A DNA stretch of 47,348 bases, taken from the IMG/VR virus record IMGVR_UViG_3300024348_000012; one strand, written 5' to 3'. Both the position numbers and the translations under genes were made by a program. This document shows, one piece after another, positions 36,971 through 46,529 of the stretch (position 1 is its first letter; each line of letters starts with the position of its first letter). The DNA comes from a virus (taxonomy: Duplodnaviria > Heunggongvirae > Uroviricota > Caudoviricetes). The notes under the pieces were generated by a model. It had not been told where the DNA came from, did not search any database, and saw only the letters and a list, made by a program, of their open reading frames with translations.

Positions 36971-37639
36971 ATGGCAAAAAGAAAAAGTTTTGATGAAAAA
37001 TCAAAAGGAATGCACAAAACCCGTAAATTAATTATAGATACGGTATTTGGCAGAGAGGACACTACTCAAAAAGTTTTTGGTTATGAAAAAGAAACCGAAC
37101 AAAAAAGAGAAGTTGGTGAAACGTGGACGGATAGTGATGGTAAAGAATGGAGACAAGAGAAGGGATTTAAGACAGTCGTTACTGAAATGGACGATGTTAG
37201 AGATTTCTTACATAAATTAAGTCATTGTTCTTCGGAAGATTGCAAAACCGTTCCATATAGTTGGGCAGATAAAAAGTTAATTAGTAAAACTGGAATGTGT
37301 GCAACTTGTTTGGCAAAATTTGAAATGAACTTGAGAGCAGACGGAACATTTCCTTTTTATGAAGATTATAAAATAACAAATAATAAACTTGCATATGTAA
37401 GGGATTATAAGGATAAAATGGAAGAGGCTTTGGGGGGTGTAAAACAACAAATGGAAATAATTACCGAAGATGGTAAAGTTGAAAAGTGGGAATGGCAAGT
37501 AGATATTGAAAAAGTAAAAGAGGATTTAAAAAAAGATATTGATGGTGCATTCGAGGCCATTGAATTATTAATAGAAAGAAAACGATTATTAGAAGAAAAA
37601 TTGGTTGAATTAAATCATCCAGAATTAATTAAAAAATAA
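36971..37639 (+). CDS. Hypothetical protein with Cys cluster and coiled coil
   Basis: HCSSEDC...MCATC; REVGETWTDSDGKEW motif; SD-like AAGGA upstream. Confidence 0.7.
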   Translation: MAKRKSFDEKSKGMHKTRKLIIDTVFGREDTTQKVFGYEKETEQKREVGETWTDSDGKEWRQEKGFKTVVTEMDDVRDFLHKLSHCSSEDCKTVPYSWADKKLISKTGMCATCLAKFEMNLRADGTFPFYEDYKITNNKLAYVRDYKDKMEEALGGVKQQMEIITEDGKVEKWEWQVDIEKVKEDLKKDIDGAFEAIELLIERKRLLEEKLVELNHPELIKK

Positions 37640-37644
37640 AAAAT

Positions 37645-38292
37645 ATGAAAAAATTATTAAATTTAAAAAACATTGCAATCGCATTATTGATTGTAGTAGT
37701 AGTTTTCCAACAATGCGGTGGAAACAAAAAAGGAACTGGCGAAATTGTAAAAGTTGATGGTAAAAAGTATGAACTTATTAAACATGAAATTGATACAGTT
37801 GAAGTGGTTAAGACAAAAGTAGTAACTAAAAAAGGTGAAGATATTTACCATGAAACAATTGTAGAGAAGGAAGTAATTATTCCTACAATTGTTGATACCG
37901 CAGCATTACTAAAAGATTTTTTTGCAAAAAACATTTACAAAGATACATTAAATTTACCAGATAGTTTAGGAATTGTATCTTTAATTGATACTATTACTCA
38001 AAACAAAATATTTGGTAGAACTTTTAACGCAAGTGTTAAACAAAGAACTATTAAAGAAACAACAATTGTAAAAGAATTACCAAAGACCAAAGTATTTTAT
38101 GGTTTGGAAGGTGGATTCAATAAAGCGGATGTTGTATCTCATTTGGGATTGGGTGTTTTAATTAATACAAAGCAAGATAAGATATTCCATTTAGGTATTG
38201 GTGCAGCAAATAGAACAACCGATGGTACAAGTGGAGCATTGTCACCTTACATTGGTGGTGGTGTATATTGGAAGATTAAATTCAAAAAATAA
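37645..38292 (+). CDS. Membrane-anchored/lipoprotein-like protein, possible lysis accessory (spanin-like)
   Basis: Basic N-terminus, hydrophobic IAIALLIVVVVF then QQC; C-terminal amphipathic beta strands ending YIGGGVYWKIKF. Confidence 0.45.
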   Translation: MKKLLNLKNIAIALLIVVVVFQQCGGNKKGTGEIVKVDGKKYELIKHEIDTVEVVKTKVVTKKGEDIYHETIVEKEVIIPTIVDTAALLKDFFAKNIYKDTLNLPDSLGIVSLIDTITQNKIFGRTFNASVKQRTIKETTIVKELPKTKVFYGLEGGFNKADVVSHLGLGVLINTKQDKIFHLGIGAANRTTDGTSGALSPYIGGGVYWKIKFKK

Positions 38293-39899
38293 TGGGAGTT
38301 CAAGGGCAACCTAAGAAATCATTAAAAGAAATAATAGCTGAAGAATATCGTAAATGTGCATTAGACCCCATTTACTTTATGAAGAAGTATTGTGTTATTC
38401 AGCACCCGGTGAGAGGAAAAATACCCTTTCACCTTTATCCTTTCCAGGAAGAGTGTTTAACGGATTTTAAAGAAAATAGATTAAATATCATTCTTAAATC
38501 CCGTCAGTTGGGTTTATCAACATTATCTGCAGGATTTATTCTTTGGAAAATGTTATTCAACCAAGACTTCAATGCTTTGGTAATTGCAACGAAAGTAACT
38601 GTTGCTAAGAATCTGGTGGAGAAGGTAAGAGTTATGCACGACTTACTTCCTGTATGGTTAAGAGATGGTGGTAACAGTTCGGTAGAAGATAATAAACTTT
38701 CCCTTAAATTAAAAAATGGTTCACAAGTAAAAGCAATTGCAAGTTCTCCAGACGCAGGTCGTTCGGAAGCATTGTCATTGTTAGTTGTGGATGAAGCTGC
38801 ATTCATTAGAGATATTGATGAAATTTGGTTGTCAGCACAATCTACATTATCAACGGGTGGTTCTGCAATTGTATTATCTACTCCGAATGGTGTGGGTAAC
38901 TGGTTCCATAAAATGTGGGTTGATGGTGAGAGTGGTGCAAACGGATTTAATAATATAAATTTACATTGGACTGTTCATCCTGAAAGAAATCAATCATGGA
39001 GAGATGAACAAACTCGTATATTGGGAGTAAAGGGTGCTGCACAGGAATGTGATTGTGACTTTGTGGGTTCAGGTGATACTGTAATTGACCCGGCATTATT
39101 AACATGGTATAAAGACACATATGTAATGGACCCGATTGAAAAAAGTGGGTTTGACGGAAATTATTGGAAATGGGAACATCCTAATTACAATAGAGCATAT
39201 ATGGTAGTTGCCGATGTCGCTAGAGGTGATGGTTCGGATTATTCTACATTCCAAGTTATTGATATTGAAGATAGTTCACAGGTTGCAGAATATAGAGGTA
39301 AAATTGAAACAAAAGATTTTGGAAACTTTTTAGTAGCAGTATCCACAGAATGGAATAATTCACTATTAATTATAGAAAACTCAAATGTAGGATGGGCAAC
39401 TATCCAACAGGCGATTGATAGAGGATATGGTAATTTATTCTATATGAGTAATGACCTAAAATATATTGATGTTGAAAAACAAATGTCTAATAAGTTTTAT
39501 AGAGACGAAAAGAAATTGGTTGCAGGATTTGGAACAACGATAAAAACAAGGCCACTTATAATTTCTACATTAGACACATACATAAATGGTAAAGATATTT
39601 TAATTCGTTCTCAAAGACTTATAGATGAATTATTTACATTTATTTGGAGTGGTGGCAGAGCCGAAGCAATGAAGGGATATAATGATGACTTAACAATGGC
39701 AATGGCAATTGGACTTTGGGTTCGTAATACAGCACTTCGTTTAAAACAAGAAGGTATTGATTTAACAAAAACAATGTTAAATTCAACACAGGTAAGTCAA
39801 TATACTGGTTTTGTTTCATCGGGACATCTTAAACAAAATCCTTATGAAATGGATATGGGTAAAAAGGGAGTAGAAAATTTAACTTGGTTATTGGGATAA
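38292..39899 (+). CDS. terL: Terminase large subunit (T4 gp17-like)
   Basis: LKSRQLGLST (Walker A), LVVDEAAF (Walker B), LSTPNG, QECDCDF, ADVARGDGSDYS, NDDLTMA. Confidence 0.95.
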   Translation: MGVQGQPKKSLKEIIAEEYRKCALDPIYFMKKYCVIQHPVRGKIPFHLYPFQEECLTDFKENRLNIILKSRQLGLSTLSAGFILWKMLFNQDFNALVIATKVTVAKNLVEKVRVMHDLLPVWLRDGGNSSVEDNKLSLKLKNGSQVKAIASSPDAGRSEALSLLVVDEAAFIRDIDEIWLSAQSTLSTGGSAIVLSTPNGVGNWFHKMWVDGESGANGFNNINLHWTVHPERNQSWRDEQTRILGVKGAAQECDCDFVGSGDTVIDPALLTWYKDTYVMDPIEKSGFDGNYWKWEHPNYNRAYMVVADVARGDGSDYSTFQVIDIEDSSQVAEYRGKIETKDFGNFLVAVSTEWNNSLLIIENSNVGWATIQQAIDRGYGNLFYMSNDLKYIDVEKQMSNKFYRDEKKLVAGFGTTIKTRPLIISTLDTYINGKDILIRSQRLIDELFTFIWSGGRAEAMKGYNDDLTMAMAIGLWVRNTALRLKQEGIDLTKTMLNSTQVSQYTGFVSSGHLKQNPYEMDMGKKGVENLTWLLG

Positions 39900-39903
39900 T
39901 TAT

Positions 39904-39912
39904 ATATTTATA
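39904..39912 (+). promoter_or_regulatory. Candidate late-promoter motif ATATTTATA
   Basis: In the 30-bp gap between terL and ORF 39930. Confidence 0.45.
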
Positions 39913-39929
39913 TAGTGAAACTATTCTAA

Positions 39930-41069
39930 ATGAACGAAGACTTAAATAATTGGTTTAAAGAAAAATGGGTAAACATCGGCAAAAAAGTTGATGGCAAACA
40001 CCCGCCATGTGGAACTTCGGGAGAAAAAAGGGGTTATGCAAAATGTGTTCCTGCAGCAAAAGCAGCCGGAATGAGTAAAAAAGAAAAAGAAAGTGCCACT
40101 CAAAGAAAAAGAGCTGCACAAAATGATGCAGGGAGAGGTGGTAAGGATAGTAGTGGACAAGGTAAGAAACCAATATATGTTTCAACAAAACCAAAAAATG
40201 AAACTATGAATATAGAAGAAAGACTAAATTTATTTTTAGAAAAGAATTGCCCAACAGACCCAGGTAAATGGTCGGCAAGTAAATCAGCTGCAAAATCTAA
40301 GTTTGATGTTTATCCATCTGCATATGCAAACGGATGGGCAGCAAAAAATTATAAATCAAAAGGTGGTAGTTGGAAAACCTGCAGCGAAAATGTAGTAAAC
40401 GAAGTAACGGGTAGAGAAGCAAAAGAAATTGCTAAATTGACGGGTACGCGTGATAGTATAGTACAAAAATTTATAGATGATTTTAATTTGAATGCTAAAA
40501 ACCTTTTTAACTTTATAGCTAAAGGAAAAGAAAAAGTTAGAAAAGATTTCGCAACTGCAATGTCAGGTAGACCTGGTAATAGATATCAAGGTGATTTCGT
40601 AGGTATGTTTGGTGAAGGTATATTAAACGAAGCTTGTTGGGAAGGATATAAACAAGTAGGTGGTAAAATGAAAAATGGTAGAATGGTTCCAAATTGTGTT
40701 CCAATAAGTGAAGAGGTTGATACTGATTACGATGAATTGGATGTAGAGCCTGAAGAGATTGAAGATTTTATTGAATTTTTAAAAGCATATAAAAACACTT
40801 TAGCTGAAGCCAATTGTGGTTGTGTTTATGAAGCTGAATATCAAGGTAGAGAAGTTAAGTTGGGTAAACCAATGCAAGGTGATGTTAAGAAATTCAAAGT
40901 GTATGTAAAAAATCCTGCAGGGAATATAGTTAAGGTAAACTTCGGCCAAAAAGGAATGAAAATTAGAAAATCAAATCCCGCAGCTAGAAAATCATTTAGA
41001 GCAAGAATGAATTGTGATAATCCAGGCCCAAGACATAAAGCAAATTATTGGAGTTGTAGAAAATGGTAA
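39930..41069 (+). CDS. Multi-module basic Cys/Trp-rich protein, putative head-associated
   Basis: Modules WFKEKWVNI...HPPCG, NCPTDPGKWSA...YPSAYANGW, CWEGYKQVG...VPNCVP, EAEYQGREVKLGKP...YWSCRKW, separated by xNE/xEE sites. Confidence 0.75.
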   Translation: MNEDLNNWFKEKWVNIGKKVDGKHPPCGTSGEKRGYAKCVPAAKAAGMSKKEKESATQRKRAAQNDAGRGGKDSSGQGKKPIYVSTKPKNETMNIEERLNLFLEKNCPTDPGKWSASKSAAKSKFDVYPSAYANGWAAKNYKSKGGSWKTCSENVVNEVTGREAKEIAKLTGTRDSIVQKFIDDFNLNAKNLFNFIAKGKEKVRKDFATAMSGRPGNRYQGDFVGMFGEGILNEACWEGYKQVGGKMKNGRMVPNCVPISEEVDTDYDELDVEPEEIEDFIEFLKAYKNTLAEANCGCVYEAEYQGREVKLGKPMQGDVKKFKVYVKNPAGNIVKVNFGQKGMKIRKSNPAARKSFRARMNCDNPGPRHKANYWSCRKW

Positions 41070-41071
41070 TA

Positions 41072-41103
41072 TTTGGAAATACCAAATATTTTTCGTATAT
41101 TTA
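41072..41103 (+). promoter_or_regulatory. Bacteroidota sigma70-type promoter overlapping a perfect inverted repeat, upstream of portal
   Basis: TTTG (41072-41075), 20 nt, TATATTTA (41096-41103); AATATTTGG-aaata-CCAAATATT at 41068-41090. Confidence 0.65.
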
Positions 41104-41123
41104 GAAAAATAGAATTATATAAA

Positions 41124-42863
41124 ATGGCAGACAAATCAATATTTAGTAGGTTACAGAAATTATTTTCAACAAACACTATTGTCCGTAAAACGGCCGACGG
41201 TGTAAAAGTTATAGATACGGATGAGTATCAAAATATGACTACAAACTTAGTTGACCGCTTTATGAAAATGAAAGTGTCAAACTATGGTGCAGGAGCAACT
41301 CAATCTTCAATGGCATATCAACAAGTTAGAATTGATTTGTTTAGAGATTACGATTCAATGGATATGGACCCGATTTTGTCATCCGCATTAGATGTTTATT
41401 CGGATGAGTGTACGGCTAGAAATGAAATGGGTAATGTATTAAAGATACATCATGAAGATGACCAAATTAAACAAATATTAGAAAATTTATTTTACGATAT
41501 ATTAAATGTAGAATTTAACTTATGGCCATGGACTAGAAACTTAGTTAAATATGGTGATTTCTTTTTACAATTAGAAATAGCAGATAAATTAGGTATTGTA
41601 AATGTAATGGCGTTATCAACATACGAAGTTAGTAGAGTAGAAGGATTTGATCCAGAAAATCCACAAAGAGTTAAATTTATATATGCACCATACCAAAACC
41701 CATCGAGTGGATATGGTCAAACTCCAAAGAAAGAATTTGAGAACTATGAAATGGCACACTTCCGTTTAAATTCGGATTCAAACTTTTTACCTTACGGAAA
41801 ATCAATGATTGAAGGTGGTAGAAGAGTTTGGAAACAATTGATGTTAATGGAAGATGCTATGTTAATTCATAGAGTAATGAGAGCTCCTGAAAAGAGAATA
41901 TTCAAAATTGATGTGGGTAATATTCCACCAAATGAGGTTGATAACTATATGCAGAAGATTATCAATGGTTCAAAGAAAGTTCCATTTGTAGACGAAAGAA
42001 CTGGAGATTACAATTTGAAATACAATATGCAAAATCTTGTTGAAGATTATTATATGCCAGTTCGTGGTAATGATAATGGTACTTCAATTGATACCCTAAA
42101 AGGTTTGGAGTACAATATGATTGATGACATTAACTACTTAAAAGGTAAGTTAATGGCAGCATTGAAAATTCCAAAAGCATTCTTAGGATATGAAGAAGAT
42201 GTAAATGGTAAAGCAACTCTTGCAGCACAAGATGTTAGGTTTGCAAAAACAATTGAAAGAATACAAAGAGTGTTGATTTCAGAATTAACTAAAGTGGCAA
42301 TTATTCATTTATATGCACAAGGTATTACCGATGATAAATTAACAGACTTCTCATTGGAACTTACAATACCATCTAAAATATACGAACAAGAACAAGTTGA
42401 ATTATATACTTCTAAAGTAGCATTGATTACACAAATGCAAGCAACTAAAATGTTCTCTAAAGAGTGGATGTATGAAGCAGTAATGAAACTTGCAAAAGAT
42501 GAACAGGATACAATGACATTACAGGTATTGGAAGATACAAAACAAACATTCCGTTTAACCTCAATTGAAACACAAGGTGTAGACCCAGCAAAAGAAACAG
42601 GTACCGATGAACCAACTAATGTAGAAGAAGAATTAAATAGACTTAAATCGGAACTAGAAGAAGAAGATAAAGGTGGTAGACCAAAAGACCCCGTTAGATA
42701 TGGTAAAGATGACCACCCACAAGGTAGAGACCCATTGGGTATTAAGACTCTTAAACAAAAAGAAGGGTCTGTAAAATATAAGGCAAGAGATTCATATTTA
42801 GAGATATTTAAAGATATGGACGGAAATAAAAAGACTATTTTAACAGAAGATAACATAAAATAG
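41124..42863 (+). CDS. Portal protein (T4 gp20-like)
   Basis: RNLVKYGDFF, EGGRRVWKQLMLMEDAMLIHRVMRAPEKRIFKIDVGNIPP, EDYYMPVRG, IDTLKG, ALKIPKAFL, QDVRFAKTI; start moved from 41073 to ATG 41124 because the promoter overlaps the longer start. Confidence 0.93.
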   Translation: MADKSIFSRLQKLFSTNTIVRKTADGVKVIDTDEYQNMTTNLVDRFMKMKVSNYGAGATQSSMAYQQVRIDLFRDYDSMDMDPILSSALDVYSDECTARNEMGNVLKIHHEDDQIKQILENLFYDILNVEFNLWPWTRNLVKYGDFFLQLEIADKLGIVNVMALSTYEVSRVEGFDPENPQRVKFIYAPYQNPSSGYGQTPKKEFENYEMAHFRLNSDSNFLPYGKSMIEGGRRVWKQLMLMEDAMLIHRVMRAPEKRIFKIDVGNIPPNEVDNYMQKIINGSKKVPFVDERTGDYNLKYNMQNLVEDYYMPVRGNDNGTSIDTLKGLEYNMIDDINYLKGKLMAALKIPKAFLGYEEDVNGKATLAAQDVRFAKTIERIQRVLISELTKVAIIHLYAQGITDDKLTDFSLELTIPSKIYEQEQVELYTSKVALITQMQATKMFSKEWMYEAVMKLAKDEQDTMTLQVLEDTKQTFRLTSIETQGVDPAKETGTDEPTNVEEELNRLKSELEEEDKGGRPKDPVRYGKDDHPQGRDPLGIKTLKQKEGSVKYKARDSYLEIFKDMDGNKKTILTEDNIK

Positions 42864-42883
42864 TAATAAACCAATAATAAAAT

Positions 42884-42892
42884 ATATTTATA
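42884..42892 (+). promoter_or_regulatory. Candidate late-promoter motif ATATTTATA
   Basis: In the gap after portal, 21 nt before ATG 42914. Confidence 0.45.
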
Positions 42893-42913
42893 TCAGAATA
42901 ATTGTATAATTTA

Positions 42914-43786
42914 ATGAAAAAAATAAAACATTCAAAGTTTAAAAATACGGGATTCTTATTTGAATTATTAGTAAGACAAATTACCTCAGAGGTTATGTCA
43001 TCTAGTAAGTCGGTGGCTGAAAAACTTTTGAAAGAACACTTTAATTCTAAACAAGAATTATCAAAAGAATTGAAATTATATCAATATCTTATTAATGAAA
43101 AATATAATTCAGAATCAAAGGCTGAACAATTCATCAATACGATATTAGAAGCTCGTAAAAAAATAGATGAGAAAAAACTTACAAAGGAAAAATACAATCT
43201 TATTAAAGAGATTAAAGAAACTTATAATTTAGATGAGTTTATTAAATCTCCAATTTCTAATTATAAAACATTAGCATCTATTTATAAAATATTTGAAACT
43301 GTTATTAATAATGAAGAATATGAACCAACCGACATAGTATCAGCGAGATTTACAATCGCAGAAAATATTATTAATTCTTCTATTCAAAATAAAGATATAA
43401 AAATCAAAGATGCGGTTTTAGAAGAATATAGAAAACAAGATGATGATTTAAGAGCAGTTTCTTATAAATTATTGGTTGAATCATTTAATAACAAATATAG
43501 TAATCTTACAAATGACCAAAAGGGTTTATTAAGAGAATACATTAATAATATCAATAATACTGGTAAGTTAAATGAATATGTTTCAAATGAGGTAACTAAA
43601 TTAGTAGACGGATTAAAAGAAGTTGGTTCTAAAATTTCTGACAAAGTTACAAAAATCAAATTAGCAGAAACAATTGCAAACATTAAAAAAATTAAATCTG
43701 TTAAAAAGATTAAAGAACAACATTTATCTGCAATGATGATGACGTATGAATTATTAAAAGAATTAAAAGAATCAATTAAAAAATAA
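42914..43786 (+). CDS. Helical head-module protein (possible prohead core component)
   Basis: MKKIKHSKFKNTGFLFELLVRQIT; position between portal and protease; ATG 42914 preferred to TTG 42902. Confidence 0.7.
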   Translation: MKKIKHSKFKNTGFLFELLVRQITSEVMSSSKSVAEKLLKEHFNSKQELSKELKLYQYLINEKYNSESKAEQFINTILEARKKIDEKKLTKEKYNLIKEIKETYNLDEFIKSPISNYKTLASIYKIFETVINNEEYEPTDIVSARFTIAENIINSSIQNKDIKIKDAVLEEYRKQDDDLRAVSYKLLVESFNNKYSNLTNDQKGLLREYINNINNTGKLNEYVSNEVTKLVDGLKEVGSKISDKVTKIKLAETIANIKKIKSVKKIKEQHLSAMMMTYELLKELKESIKK

Positions 43787-43789
43787 AAA

Positions 43790-44059
43790 ATGACAAATTA
43801 TAGAATTTTTAACGCAAAAGAATATACAGCAGGCCAATCAGGTTCTTTGGAAAGAGCATGGGGTGTAATGAGAGGTTCGGCAGTTTGTTCAGGTTCAATA
43901 ACATTAGAAGGTATTGTTGATAATAACCTAAGTGGTACAATTGCACAAACTAATAATCACTCTACTATGAAATTAGAACATTTAGCAATCGGAGAGCCAG
44001 TTCCTTGTTATGTTAGAAGTATTGTAGTAACATCTGGTAATGCATATTTATTAGCTTAA
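43790..44059 (+). CDS. Hypothetical small beta-rich virion protein
   Basis: 89-aa ORF in the head operon. Confidence 0.65.
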   Translation: MTNYRIFNAKEYTAGQSGSLERAWGVMRGSAVCSGSITLEGIVDNNLSGTIAQTNNHSTMKLEHLAIGEPVPCYVRSIVVTSGNAYLLA

Positions 44060-44077
44060 AATTAAACGGAGAATAAA

Positions 44078-44521
44078 ATGCCAGAAACATTAAAAACAGA
44101 ACAACTTAATAAAATAAGAGAAATTGTTCGTAAGATGGTGAGAGAAAGAATGATTGACGAAATGAACACCACAGGTAATATTGAAGGGTATAATACTCCA
44201 TATGCATTTAGTGGTAAAGATGGTGAAAAGAAAAAAGCTAAAAGACAAGCAGACCTTACAGGATACACACCGGTTAATGAAAATAGATGGTTGGCATTGA
44301 AACAAGATGAATCAACTGCTCAAGCTAAAATAGGTAGAGGTATATCTAATATCAATAAACAATTAAAAGAAATGGAAAGATTTCTTAATTGGTATGGTAA
44401 GATTAAAAATGAAAGTGGTGTAGATAACAAATCTTATTGGAAAAGGACAAATAGTCATATTTATAGTATACAAGAGAGATTATTAAAATTAGACCAAAAA
44501 ATCAGACAAATATCAGAATAA
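44078..44521 (+). CDS. Hypothetical head-module protein
   Basis: 147 aa; MIDEMNTTGNIEGYNTPYAF; GGAG SD 6 nt upstream. Confidence 0.7.
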   Translation: MPETLKTEQLNKIREIVRKMVRERMIDEMNTTGNIEGYNTPYAFSGKDGEKKKAKRQADLTGYTPVNENRWLALKQDESTAQAKIGRGISNINKQLKEMERFLNWYGKIKNESGVDNKSYWKRTNSHIYSIQERLLKLDQKIRQISE

Positions 44522-44814
44522 TGAAACATACAGAATTAAAAGAACTTATTAGACAAGTTGTAAAAGAAGAAAGTGATTACCAACAACTATTCAAACATAT
44601 GTTAGATAGAACAGGTAAATCTATTCCTGATATGTCCGATGCAGAAAAAGTTAAATTCTTTACCGCAGTAGATAAAGCAAATAAAGCAAAATCAGAAGGT
44701 AAATTAACAGGATACAACGAAGCCGAATTATCAGCAGGTCAAAAGAAAATTGATGTTGATGGTGATGGTGAGATTGAAGGTTCTGATTTAGCAGCATTAA
44801 GAAATAAAAAATAA
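44521..44814 (+). CDS. Small head-module protein with EF-hand/dockerin-like Ca-binding loop
   Basis: IDVDGDGEIEGSDL (DxDxDG); N-terminus MKHTELKELIRQVVKEE. Confidence 0.7.
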   Translation: MKHTELKELIRQVVKEESDYQQLFKHMLDRTGKSIPDMSDAEKVKFFTAVDKANKAKSEGKLTGYNEAELSAGQKKIDVDGDGEIEGSDLAALRNKK

Positions 44815-45404
44815 TGAGTAAAGGATTATTAATTGAAACACATTTGTTTGAGGCAAAACTTCAACAAGAAGAAAATGGAACTTATTTAGTTAAGGGAATC
44901 CTACAAAGAGCAGGTGCTCCAAATCAAAATAATAGAAGATATCCTAAAGAAATATTAGAAAGAGAGTGTCAAAAGTATCAACAACTTATTAAAGAACGTA
45001 GAGCATTGGGTGAATTAGACCATCCTGAGTCTCCGGTTATTAATTTAAAGAATGTATCACATAACATTAGAGAAATCTATTGGGAAGGTGATGATGTATG
45101 TGGAGTGGTAGAAATACTTTCAACACCATCTGGAAACATCTTAAAAGAATTGTTAAAAAACAATATTCGTTTAGGTATTTCATCTAGAGGATTGGGTTCA
45201 GTAAAAGAATTAAGAGATGGTACTGTAATGGTAGCAGAAGATTTTGAATTGGTAGGTTGGGACTTTGTATCTAACCCATCAACACATGGAGCATTTATGG
45301 CACCATTACAAGAATCAAAACAATGGGCAAAGATAGCAGAAGAATGTGGTAAGTGGTGTAAGTCACAAGATTTAATGAGAGAAATTATAATAGAACTTAA
45401 TTAA
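44814..45404 (+). CDS. Prohead core protease (T4 gp21-like)
   Basis: GILQRAGAPNQNNRRYP, GELDHP, VSHNI, LGISSRGLGSV, DFVSNPSTHGA. Confidence 0.95.
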   Translation: MSKGLLIETHLFEAKLQQEENGTYLVKGILQRAGAPNQNNRRYPKEILERECQKYQQLIKERRALGELDHPESPVINLKNVSHNIREIYWEGDDVCGVVEILSTPSGNILKELLKNNIRLGISSRGLGSVKELRDGTVMVAEDFELVGWDFVSNPSTHGAFMAPLQESKQWAKIAEECGKWCKSQDLMREIIIELN

Positions 45405-45408
45405 TAAA

Positions 45409-45657
45409 ATGAAATTAGTAAATTTAATACCTGGTAAAGAATTGAAAAGTGAGGCCATAGAAGATATGGATACAAACTTACCTGCACAGATGCAAAAATT
45501 TTTGGATAGAACTATTAATATTATTAAAAGTTATAATTTACCAAGAAAAAAAGAACAATTGGTAATAGCAAGAATAATTGACTCATTAGGAATGGATAAA
45601 CAACAATTAATGCAAGCAATTAATAAAATTAAGAAAAACGATATTTTAAAGAAATAA
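45409..45657 (+). CDS. Small helical head-module protein
   Basis: 82 aa, MKLVNLIPGKELKSE. Confidence 0.65.
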   Translation: MKLVNLIPGKELKSEAIEDMDTNLPAQMQKFLDRTINIIKSYNLPRKKEQLVIARIIDSLGMDKQQLMQAINKIKKNDILKK

Positions 45658-45659
45658 TA

Positions 45660-46091
45660 ATGATAAAGTTAAAAGATATATTAAAAGAAACCGAAGAGTT
45701 TCAACAACTTCCAACAGAACTAAAAAGACATTTTTTAGAAATTATATCTACATACAACCAACATAGAGAAGGTATGAGTAGAAAATCGGATATTAGACAA
45801 GTTGCAGAATCATTGGGTGGTATTGCAGATGCAGCACAAGAATATACTTTGAGAGAAGGTGGTGACTGGTTTGATAGAGTTACTATTAAAAGAAATATGA
45901 CTGAATTAAAAAAGTTTCAAGCTGCATTTGAAAAAGAAGCACAAGAAGCTACCGCACAAGAACAAAGATTAGAAGCATTATACGAAGATATGGGACATGT
46001 ATTAGGAAGATATTTTGAAATAGCAGATATTACCGAACAACAAATGGCCGAAAGATTGGGTATTAATGAGTGTAAAACTTGTAAAAAATAA
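45660..46091 (+). CDS. Helical head-module protein
   Basis: 143 aa, MIKLKDILKETEE N-terminus. Confidence 0.7.
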   Translation: MIKLKDILKETEEFQQLPTELKRHFLEIISTYNQHREGMSRKSDIRQVAESLGGIADAAQEYTLREGGDWFDRVTIKRNMTELKKFQAAFEKEAQEATAQEQRLEALYEDMGHVLGRYFEIADITEQQMAERLGINECKTCKK

Positions 46092-46529
46092 ATGGAAACC
46101 AAAGAAAAAATAAACGAATCATCATTGGTCGTTATTTTGGGTGGAATTGCCTTATTTGCATTTTTCCAAATGTTCTTTAATAATTTAGCAGATAAAGTTG
46201 ATGCATATTATTCAGGACATAGTGTTCCTATTAGTAAAGCTTTAAAACAAATTCTAAAAGGTTTAAGAAATAACAAATCTCTTATTGGAAAAATAGATGA
46301 TTATGTACAAGAAAAAGGTCCAGGTGATACATTAGTTTATGCATTGATGGGTTGGCCGGAAGTAAAATCAGAATTAAATAAATTTAAAAGTGATAAAGAA
46401 ATAAATTTAGAAGAATTGAATATAGAATTAACTAAATTGTTACAAAAAGCTTTTCAAGATGAAGCAGAAGAACAGGGTTTGACATATAAATTCAAAAAGA
46501 AAATAAGAAATCAAAAATGGAGCAATTAG
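46092..46529 (+). CDS. Protein with N-terminal transmembrane segment
   Basis: KINES then hydrophobic LVVILGGIALFAFFQMFF. Confidence 0.65.
   Translation: METKEKINESSLVVILGGIALFAFFQMFFNNLADKVDAYYSGHSVPISKALKQILKGLRNNKSLIGKIDDYVQEKGPGDTLVYALMGWPEVKSELNKFKSDKEINLEELNIELTKLLQKAFQDEAEEQGLTYKFKKKIRNQKWSN

Noticed and set aside
41073-41123. Longer portal start at 41073 (similarly TTG 42902, ATG 13165, ATG 22216)
   Set aside because: The extension overlaps a promoter/palindrome or the upstream gene and does not look protein-like; downstream ATGs fit better
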